64,000 nucleotides of DNA from Octopus bimaculoides (taxonomy: Eukaryota). Made by a program: the position numbers and the translations under genes. Below, piece after piece: positions 40,801 to 52,700 of the stretch; the stretch's first letter is position 1; the number at the start of each line of letters is the position of its first letter. The stretch is taken from contig NC_068993.1 in NCBI RefSeq assembly GCF_001194135.2, positions 450,468 to 514,467 of the forward strand. The letters run 5' to 3'. The notes below the pieces were generated by a model. That model had not been told where the DNA came from. It made no database searches and worked only from the letters and a program-made list of their open reading frames with translations.

Positions 40801-43800
40801 GACAGAATGAAAAACATTTCTTCAAAGAATATTTTACATAGAACTGTACAAATACACCCTATAAAACTGTACAATTATTCATATAAAACTACAGTTATTC
40901 CATATAAAACTGTGCAGATATTCATATTAAACTCTAAGGTTATTCCATATAAAACTGTGCAGATATTCATATTAAACTCTAAGGTTATTCCATATATTTG
41001 ATATTAGATAAAACTACATCATTTTTTACAAATTCTATTTATAATGAGTTGACATGGAAGTCCCTATGTGGCTACTTGACTTGCTAGAAATAGCAGACAA
41101 GTCTTTAACTGCTGTCTTGAAAAAAAAAGTATGATAGTCCTTGATACACTATGTCACAAACAAAAGACAAGATGGTCACGGATGGAACGTCTTCAATTAC
41201 AGGTCAAAGTCAGTCGGCAGAGTTGCCCTAGGGGTAAATAACTTCTAGTTCTATTGAAATGGTAAATATCAGAATATTTCTGACCACTCAGGTCATTTGA
41301 CATAAAACAACAGTAGAAGGTAAGAACAGAATAAATGTTGTTAAAATGTGTGAAATAATTACTTACACTGGAAAAAAACTCTTGGACTCTGCTCAGAATC
41401 TTTTGTAAATTTGCTGCCTGAAAAGTTAAACAGAAAATATTAACACAGGTATCAGCTGAGGTTAAAAAGTTTGCCTCACAACTTCACAGATTTGGGTGAA
41501 TGTTTCTTGGGAGTGGAATTTGGCAGAAGCATAAAACAATACAAATCCTAAAGTAAAAACAATCCCTAATTTAGCATAATTTACCTTATAAGTATTTTTC
41601 ATGTAACTAGAATCCCACTCAAAGGTTTAACCTTTTTGACAATGTCTCCTTCTTTCTGATTAAAGGTTAGACATTCAGGAATGACATCAAACTGATAGGT
41701 CTTCCTTCGTTTTAATATTTATAAAAACCAGGGTGGTGCACCAGCAGAACTGTTGGTGCATTGGGCCAAATGCCTAGCAGCATTTCATCAAACGTTTGGT
41801 TACTGAGTTCAAATTCTGCCAAGGGTGATTTTGCCTTTCGTCCTTTCAGGGTCGATAAAATTAGTTGAACACTGGGGTTGATGTAATCATCTTACTCCCA
41901 CCCCTCATATTGCTGGCCTTGTGCCGAAATTTGAAATCAATATTTATATAAACCTGTAGTGTATATAGGATTATAATGGACCCTTCCACTGAGATTGATG
42001 TAGGAGCATCCAGTTGTTCAATCAACAGAACTCATTGAATTAACAACATGCAAAGTAGCTGAGTATCCCACAGACACATTTATTCTCAATGGAATCCCAG
42101 AGTAGAATCGGTGTGACAGTGTAACAAGGAGTAGCATTGAATTAGAGGGAGAGTCCATCTGACAGGCTTCTACACACTGCTTTGGACTGCCCCAAAGCTA
42201 GGGTAAAACACCATGCCTAAGTTGTCATGAAGTTGGATTGAACCTAGCATGGCTTGGTTGGGAAGCAAACTTCTTAACTTGGCTACGCCTGCAAGCATTG
42301 TATGTGTGTGTGTGTGTGTGTACAGAGATAACTGTACAGCAGCAATTGTAGTAGTAGTAGTAGTGATGGTGACAGTAGTTGTATATAGTAGTGGTGGTAG
42401 TTGGAAGGGGTAGAAATAGTGATGGTGGTAGCGCAAGAAGTGGTGGTAAAAGAAGAAAGCTGAATGCAAAGTAAATAAAAAAAGAATAAAAAAGTGAAAA
42501 GTTACCCGTTGTTTTCTATTGTTTCCTGGATCCGAATACATGGACATCAGCCACTGGTCATGGAAGAATTTGGGGTCACTAGGAGAGAAAAACAGAGAGA
42601 GAGAGAGAGAGAGGGAAACATTCAGATAACCTGGATGATTTAATCTATATATACATATATATATATATATATATACACATACAACACTAGTATAAACAGA
42701 AATCTTAATAATACTACCACGTTTATCAACACGTGTAATTCCAAAATATGTAGAGTAGTTTCTACACTTGTTGCCTCTGTGTGTGTGTGTGTGTGTGCGC
42801 GTGCGTGTGTGTGTGTGTGTGTGCATTCTACACGATTTGATCTTGGGAAGAAATTCACTAGCTTCATTACTATTAAGTTTGGTCATGGGTGGCAAGTCTA
42901 AAATGTAAATTCATTAAAAAGTGAATGGGGCTGAAGGAAGAAAGCAGCGGGAAATAATTCTGTTTTGGAACAACTGTGAACTTGCTTCAGTCTTATGAAA
43001 CCTCATCTGTGTTCCGAGCTGACTGAGAGACATGCTCTAACAAGCAGTCAACAGTCTCCCAAGATGACTGGCAAAATGTTTGGTTCAGTCAGAAAATCCT
43101 CAAACTGACAGCTGGATATTATTTAAGGGACATATATAATAATTACACGGAGTCTTAACAATGAATTGGGCAGACAAATACACAATGAAACCTTCAGGAC
43201 TTACACATATACGAGATAGTACCACTAGGTACCATACACACACACATTACTATATAGAATAGGGGAGGACTTTAGCACCACTGGGCACTGTAGATATTGC
43301 ACAGAGTAACCTCAGGTGAAACTGTCATCTATTCTGAGGGGGAGGACAAAATACACGGCAGTGGGAGTAGTGGGAGTAGCTTTTCTGATGTCCAAAGCTG
43401 CTGAATCGGCACTCATGGGATGGAAACTGGTGAATGAGAGAATCATCACAGCCAGATTTTTATTCCAGAGTCATTAAACTAACAGTCATCCACGTGTATG
43501 CACCCACAACGGATGCAGAGGATGAGGTGAAAGACACCATCTGTGAACAGCTGCAAACTGTAGTCGAGAATGTGCACAAACAGGATGTGGTTATAATGGC
43601 TGGAGATATGAATGCCAAGGTTGGAGCCAATAATAAGGAGAATGAGAGAATAATGGGTAAACATGGAATAGGAATCATCAACAGAGATGGCGAAAGGCTC
43701 CTAGAATTCTGCAGGATGAATGATCTCATCTTTACTGGAACTATATTCCCACACAAGGACATTCACAAAAACACCTGGACCTCTCCAGATAAAAAAGAAC

Positions 43801-46800
43801 AACAAATCAAATTGACCAGACACACTCATCAAATGTAAAAGACACCCGGGCCATGAGAAGTGCTGATGTTGCAAGGGATCATCAGCTTGTAAGGTCACAA
43901 GTGAAGTTCGAAACTTCGAAATGTTTGAATTTGCCCAAAATCTGACTTGCATCTGGTGTCATCTCACTCATATTGGGCATCAGTGTTCTGGGGTATGGCA
44001 AGGTCTTCAGTGGTCCAATCGGTTAGTGCTGTCTCCAGTTCCTGGGCCACAGCTGCTTTGGCCATCCTGTGGAGTATCTCACTAACGAGGGTGTAGCTGA
44101 AGGAGACTGAGGAGGAAAGACAGGCAAACAGAGCCAGGCCCAATGGGGAGCAGAGACCAAGGCCACCAAAGTGGACAGGCTGTTTAGCCTGTTGCCAGTT
44201 GGCACTGTCAAAACTAACATTGTAGATCAGCTCAGCACAGTGCCAGGGGGTGTTATCAATATCAACGAGGTAGTCTCTGAGAGGGTGACATGGTGCACTG
44301 CATAGCAAAGAAAAAAAAAAAAAGGGAGCTTGGGTAGCACAAAACATTTCCTCAAGAGGAAGAGCACAGGTGAATGTCAGTAAGGCACAAGCTGTCAGTC
44401 ATCCTGGACAAGACCACAAGCTTGGTCTTCAGGAACTCCATTATGGCTTTCAGGAGAATTGGGGGAGCCAAGAATGCAGATGGCATCCTTTGGTGTCAGC
44501 TGAGCCCCTGTCAAGACAGACTGGGTGCTGAATAGGACATCCTGAAATTCAACCTCACCATAGCTCACATTTATCACCTCCAACTTGGACAGGATTGTCT
44601 CAAGCCTGAGAAGCTTTAGGGCTGGGATAACCTGCTGAAGATCCCGGAGTCGCATCATCCAGGTACTAGACATTGAAGGATGACTAGACTGACTAGCCAA
44701 TATCAACAACAGACAATGTGAAAAGGAGCAGACCAACAGGACCACCATATGGGACACCTGGGAAAGAAGTGGTCCTGCTGTCAGCAGCTATGACTGAGCT
44801 GAGATGGATGTCAGTGGGTGTAATGAGGGGGTAGATCTTAGACATATCTTCAGGACAAGGTCATGCCTAATGCTGTTGAAGGCATTCCTGAAATCCCGCT
44901 TCAGTAGGAAGCAAGGTGATGAGGGAGATATGTGCTGTGTGTAGTGTCTGGCAGCATGGGCAGCAAATAAACCTCATATCAGAATGGGAATCAAACAACA
45001 ACAAAGACTTCCTATGATCAAATAAGCTTGTCAAGGTTAATTATTGGGGAGGATTAATTTAGCAAGTTGTTAATCAGATCAACAAAGGCTAAAACATTTT
45101 CATATATAATGACATTCTTCTTGTTAATTGATTAGTCTATCAGCAATTTGTTAATTAGAAGTGGATTTTGTTGTTGTTGGTTACTCCTTGTTCAGGTCTG
45201 ATTGAACAAACTTAAGATCAAAGGTGGGATCCAACCATGACTTTCTCCCTATTTTATGAGGTCTGCATGTAAGATAACATTATCTAATAAGTCCTTTCTT
45301 GTTTACAATAATGCCATGTGATTTGAAATAGATTTGACTGCTATTTCTAGTGACCACATACAGGCTCTATGGTCTACTTTGTATATAATGTTGGCCATGA
45401 TAACAAGATTGTATTTTAATATGTGTTGATGACAAAATACTAGGCTGTCTACCATTATTAGTTTAATTAATTACTGATGAACTAATCAGTGTATTTTGGA
45501 TAATGGATTAACACATATCAGCAATGATGACTCGAATTTGTGGTTATGCTCTTTCGCACATCAAAATTGTTTGCTTTCCTTTAAACAGATGCTGGATTGG
45601 TAACGATTCTAGGCTCTAATTAAGTCAGAGCATACAACTGAAGCATGGTGTGCATATACCACCTTCTTTCAAAATGTCTTTCATAAAAATAAAACAGAAT
45701 AATATTGAAATACGATTTTGTTGTATGCCTCCACATACATCCATGGTGGAAGTGGATTTATGAGAGGCAAACCACTTCCTAAACCCATTTCATCTCACAA
45801 TTGGGTCCCCCACCATGCTGATGTCATCTCATATAGCTCCTAAGGTCTGCAAGGGTCTCACAAGTCAACCCATCCACTCACAGGGCACAGCCAGGCCATC
45901 TGGACATTGGAATTTGTGATTCTGCAGGCTGACATCCATTCTCTCTCAGACAGTTATCATTACATCATCATCACCATAAAAGTAAATTGAAATGACATAA
46001 AATAATTAATTATATCCAGTAATTATGGTTTCTAATATAGGACACAGGATCATAAACTGAATGAAAGGGATGGGCAAGTTGAATAAATTGACTCAGTACT
46101 TCACTGGTCATTTATTTTACTGACCCCAGAAGAATGAAAGTTAAAGTTGACCTCAAAGGGTGTACCATAAGGCGTTTTCTCTGAAGTTGTAACAATTCTG
46201 CCATAATTACACGTGAACACATGACCATCTTTCATTAAACAATTTTAATTAGCACCAAGAAAACTATTGTAATTGTCATCGTTATTTTAGTATTTTCTCT
46301 ATGCTAAGTGGAACTTACTGCACACGAGTGTCACTCAGCTGAGTGAATGGTGAAAACAAAAACAAAGAGTGGAACTTACATTTTATTTAAGATTTGCGAC
46401 ATGGCAATTCCCGTGCTTAATTCTTCCGTGTTGTGGTATGGAGCTTCAATATTGAACGTGTCAAGCTGAGGAGGAGACAAAATATTCAAGGATTAAAAAG
46501 AAAATAACAAAAATCTCCAAGGCATGCCGGCATGGGATGCAGGACGTAAAATGATGATGATGATGATACACATCCATGTTTATGCAGACAATCAAGCTTG
46601 GCATAGTCTTCTGATTTGCCAGCACCTGTCAAACTGTCCAACCCATGCCAGTATGGTAAATGGATGTTAAATGATGACTGCGATCACACACACATTATTA
46701 TCCTCAATTTATGCCAGTTGTTTCTTCTTCTTCTTCTTCTTCTTTCCATGCTGGCCTCCCCTGGTCTTTTCTAGTCACTCTGTCACGGTCCATATGTTAT

Positions 46801-49675
46801 CCAGTTCACACAACAGCAACAACAGAGAGAAACATTCACACAAGCACATGTATAGAGCTCACCCTAACAATGAATTTTGAACAGTTTATGTCCATCAAAT
46901 TCATTCACAAGGTATTAATTGGTTCAGGGCTATAGTAGAAGACACTTAGACAAGGCGCTGTGCAGGGGGATCGAACCTGAAACCACAGGAGCCATGCCTG
47001 TCTGTTTACTCATCTCATTTTTCCCCCCTCTGCTGACATATCTACTGAGTTCTCCCAAAGGCACAAAACGTCAACATTTTTTTTCAAGGAGAGAGGGCAG
47101 AGTCAATTAAAATTACTTTTGGTTCCTGACATATTTATTCAGACCTATATTGCATGGTGAGTTTTACAAGTGACTGTTCTTTGCTAGCACAAATGCTGTT
47201 CCCATCACAAAGCACTCCATTGTTAGCTATTTATTCTTAAGCTAAATATAACAAACAATTGAAGGAAACAATACAATTATTTGAATGTCATAACTATATG
47301 TCATAGTTATATGTACATAAACCTATGAAAGCCAGAAATTCCTCACGGGTAAAGACAGATTTAATAACTCCTTCACCACACTGACTATTTCCAATTCCTA
47401 CTTTTTAAAGTTTAAAATAGTTTTTCCTTGTAATGTAATCTCATACTAAAAAGATTAAAATGTCTGCATCTTAAAAATGTCACATGACTTGGAAAAAAAA
47501 AAGAGATTATTTTAGAATGAAACTAATGTATATTTTACAAACAGAGATTTATAAAACATGAACTTTAACCAGGTGTATCACCAAGTTGAGAATTTAAACA
47601 TTTTTAAGGGGAGGTGTGAGAGGAGAAAAAAATTAAAATTTATGGGGGGAAAAAAAAACTAAAAAAACACAAACTATTTGATGACGTGTGCAAATGGTTA
47701 CATTTCTCACAACTAGGAACAAACTGGACAATAAAAAACCATCACCATCATCATCATTATAATCTTATATCCAGATTTTAGCGACGAGAGAAGTTAGATA
47801 GATTATCAGTCCAAGTGAATTGTTATCCAGAGTCACAGTCCTCAGCCACAATTTAACCTCGATCCAGCAGACTTAGGACTGATCCTCTTCTGCACATAGT
47901 CATCGTTTTGTCTGTTTTTTTTTCAGACATAATATAAAATATATCCTTCATTTTATTTTTTAAAGCTAGTAATGTGTGATCTAAAAGAGATTCAGCTTGT
48001 GTTTCTAGCAGTTTATAGAGACAGCCTCCTCTATAAGTTCCTTGTTGATAGATTCATGGACTATATCTTGTATAAAGGACAAAATGCCAAAATTCTTCAA
48101 GGTTGTTAATACTAATAATAGATTATCAACAGATTAGTGCTGCCACAAACTGCTGCATTCATGACTAAGTGAAACATATGTTTAGTTAAACACACTTCAA
48201 TGTCCAATAAAAGTGGGTCACTTTCAATTCTTTCCCCGCTTCTCAAAACCAGTTTTCGCTCTCAAATAACAACGGCTGTTTCATTTACTTAAGGTTATTA
48301 ATGTTTCTGGGAAATATAAATGAACATCACAACTTCTCAATTCATCCTCAATAACAAGGAGACATCTTCTAAGTGGTTGCTTGACTTCGTAAAAATAGCA
48401 ACCAAATCCCCCTCAAACCACACCCTACTATCTTAATATAGGACATTTTGGATGATGTACTCCAAGATATACTATGTTAAAAAAAATGGAACAATCAAAC
48501 TATGGAATGCCTGTGATCATTGTAAATCAACATAACCAGGGTAGATCATTGGGTTAAACGATAACATCTGAGTCTTATTTGTAAGAAATCATACTTAAAT
48601 TTCATCTTCTAATCATCATCATCATCATCATCATCATTTAATGTCTGTTGTCCATGCTGGCATGGGTTGGACAGTTTGACCAGAGATGGCAAGCTGGGGA
48701 GATGCACCAGGCTTCAGTCTGATTTGGCATGGTTTCTATGGCTGGATGCCCTTCCTAATGCCAACCATTTTACAGTGACACAGAATACCTATCACTTTCT
48801 ATCTCTCTACAAGTAAATTAATGGATAGTTTTCGCTTCTCTCTCTCATAAATATTAATCTTTATAATTGATTATAAATATAGAAACAATAAAAAGAGTTG
48901 AAGAAACCAAGTGGGATTTCTGACATTTTAAAGAAAATCTGTTGGAACAGGAAAAACATTTTTCTTTTAAAAAAAAAAAAACTGTTTATTCTCTTTGATG
49001 ATGGTCTTTGACCAAAACAATACAATCTTCATCTCCATCCAGCATAACAAATTTATTCCAATTTCTAAACTTTGGTTCTAAAAATACAATTGTCCAAAAA
49101 CAGTCTTAATGACAGATCTGTCTGGTGGATGAGGAGTGACTTGGGACAACAACACAATGGAGTGATCATAGGTGTTTTTGGTGTGCTAGAGATGGTCCAG
49201 GGCTGAACAAGAGAGGATGGTCATGGCTCTCACACACTTGGTCTGGGTGGATTGGGGCTGACCTGGTGCTAAACAACAATGATAAGACAGAATGGTCATA
49301 TCATAAATCTGTTTAGTAGATAGACCTGGCATTTGTCAACATAGACAAAATACACAGAACTTTTCCAATTCCAAACTGTTACCATTGACGTTTAGTCTGA
49401 TATCTGTGGGGAGAATGTCAGTATGGAAGCACAAAGGTTTGGGTAAATGGTCTCGTGTAAGGTTTATTAGAAGGACAGGAATTGTGGTAGTGGTGGTGGT
49501 AGTGGTGGTAAAGAGAAGATAGAGCATTTTAATGTACCAGTGGCTGTAATGTTGGTCAGTGAAGGTTTGCCTGAATATAACAGTGTGAATGAGAGAAAAG
49601 GAAAGAGAGAGAGAGATGACTGTACCAGTCTCTGTAGTGTGTTGGTCAGTGCTGATTTGTTTGTAAATATAACAG

Positions 49676-49722
<47 letters not shown>

Positions 49723-52700
49723 CACAGTGTTTGCGTAGTGTTATGTTGGTCAGTGAAGGTTTACCTATTTTGGTGATGTGTAATAGCTTCACTGTCTCAG
49801 AGAAGTGGGTAAACATTCTAATGTAGGTTATACTTGTGGCTTACGAAGAGTAAATAACTCTTCACAGCTGAAGAACAACTTGACTTTTCAGATGCTCAAC
49901 CGGATACAGATGTGTGTTTTCTTCTATTCAGTTTATTGTAATTTTCTGTCCCTTTAGCAAATAATTATTTCTATGTTATTACTTTAACCAAGACATGGTA
50001 AAATTTCAAAATCTTGAATCTGTTCTAGTTGCAAACTTGTGAAGTTCTTGGATTGATTCCTCACCATTTAATGTCAGTCCAACCCATGCTGACATGGGTT
50101 GAATGGTTTGACAGGAGCTGGCAAGGTCGGAAGCTGCACCAGGCTCCAACTGTCTGTTTTGGCATGGTTTTTATAGTGGGATGTCCTTCTTGATGTCAAC
50201 CACTTTATAGAGTGGACTGGGTGCTTTTTATGGGGCACAAGCACTGGTGAGGTCTGTCTTTTTTTTAATTCTAAAATTAAAACAAAGTTCTTTACTGGAC
50301 ACTTCCCTCATTGGTTGTGAATTCAAAGAATAATGATAAAAGACAGACTAATAAGTCCTTCATCTTGTTTATTCCAAAGTTTGTGCTTTTAACTCTGGTT
50401 CTACTGATATATGGTATGACCAACATACTCAGCAGAGCTTGCAGTTCCAATTAGCCGAAAATTCTGTTAATCTTCATTTCTATGTCAATAAATGTAAATC
50501 ACTGCCATCATGATAATACAACCAAACACTGATGTACCCCCTCCACCTACCCTTACACTCCTCTACCTCCTCCATATAAATATTTCTTTCTTTATTGCCC
50601 ACAGGGGTCTAAACATAGAGGGGGCAAACAAGGACAGGCAAAGGGATTAAGTCAATTACATTAACCCCAGTGCATAACTGGTATTTATTTAATCGACCCC
50701 TAAAGGATGAAAGGCAAAGTCGACCTTGGCAGAATTTGAACTCAGAACGTAATGGCAGTCAAAATACTGCAAAGCATTTTGCCCAGCATTCTAACGATTC
50801 TGCTAGCTCGCCATCCTCCATATAAATTATTGATGTCTTACTATATGATAATGTTCTCATTAAGAATTCATGTTAATCCTGATCCTCGCCTAAAAAACAA
50901 AACAAAATACTAATCTTCTTCTTGCTGCTGCTGCTGCTGTTGTCTACCAGTTATACCTCCACACCCATTTCTGATGGTTTAGGACAGCTTCCTCCTCCTC
51001 CTGATGGCCAATCCTGCTGAAACAAGCTTCTCTCTCTTCCTGAGGCAGGAATTGGACCATCATTTATTTATAACTTCAGCCTATGTTTTGCTCTAATTCT
51101 TCCATCATCACTGCAACAACAGCAACAACAGCAACAACAGCAACAATAACCAATCATGATAGAACAACAGTCAAACGCAACCAGAGGGAGATTATTTAAT
51201 GGCATTGCATGTGTGTGATCAAAGCCGTTGGCACAATGCCTCTATGCTATAATGATTCGGAAGAGCCACTCTCAGAAATGATTTGTCCTTAATCTAACAT
51301 TAAACCATAACATCACTTTAAAACAAAACCCAAACAAACAAGGTGCTGGCTTACTGTAAATGTCATTGTTGTTCTTAATGTTGTTGCTGTCATAGGAAGA
51401 TGTGTTCTATGAGAAATAGAGAATTGAAGGGTTTAGAGATGGAATTATAATCTGCAGAGAAGAATGACACAAATACTATAATATCAGAGGTAAGATGATC
51501 AAAATAAGATTATATAAAACTAGCTTAAATAGCCAGACTCCATGCAGACTTTTAGCCTAGATTCATTAGTGGAGCTGGGCTAATTGGGCTTGTGGATCAA
51601 AACATGACTATAATGACTACATGCCCTGGTGGTGTTTGATCAGAGGTTAGAGGCAGATGAGAATTTATTCTGGAGTGCAATCATTCCCAGTCCCTAAGTT
51701 GAATTACAACTGTAGGCCAGTTTGTCCCAAGGTTCTTATCTTGACGCAAAATTAATGAAATGAATGTCTCAGATTTTTTTCTTCAGGAAAAAGTTGAAAG
51801 AGAAATTGAAGAAACAGTAGAATTTTACAAAAAAGAATGGCTGCAACTATAAGAAATGCAAGATCTGGGAGCTTCTTATGTGAATAGGAAGTGGTAAAAG
51901 GGGGGGCTCTATATTCAAGGGCTATAGTAGAAGACCCGTTATGCAAAATGCTACACAATGAAACCAAATGCAAGACCATATGTTTGGGAAGCAAGCCTCT
52001 TAACCACACACACATGGTAAGGCTACGATCAGAGTATTAAATCTATTTCACAAGGTTTCTACATACCCCACCCCCATCCTCCCTTGTTTTCAACAATGTT
52101 GCTACAGAAAGAGAGATTTGACATCTCAGTCCAGCACCAAACTGTGTCTCCTCCACATTGGGGCATGGCTGTGTGTGCGAAAGTAATTATAGTTATATAA
52201 GAATATATATNNNNNNNNNNNNNNNNNNNNNNNNNNNNNNNNNNNNNNNNNNNNNNNNNNNNNNNNNNNNNNNNNNNNNNNNNNNNNNNNNNNNNNNNNN
52301 NNNNNNNNNNNNNNNNNNNNNNNNNNNNNNNNNNNNNNNNNNNNNNNNNNNNNNNNNNNNNNNNNNNNNNNNNNNNNNNNNNNNNNNNNNNNNNNNNNNN
52401 NNNNNNNNNNNNNNNNNNNNNNNNNNNNNNNNNTCCTAACGCCAACCACTCAGAGAGTGTAGTGGGTGCTTTTACGTATATATATATATATATTATATAT
52501 ATATACAACTAAACACTGTAGGTAGGACCTCCCAACATGCTAATTGTGATGCTGGGGATGGTGGTGGTGGTGGAGTTGCTTAACCTATGGGGAATGTAAG
52601 AGTGATTTTAGGGAGCAAGAAATAATAATTTTACTTCAAAATCTAAAATCTAAACAAAAGTCCCTGGTTCTTGAATTTTGGTTCTGCAATGATAAGCAGA

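Noticed and set aside
43434-43838. 134-aa ORF that would match craniofacial development protein 2-like entries
   Set aside because: It is a frameshifted RTE endonuclease remnant, not a host gene.
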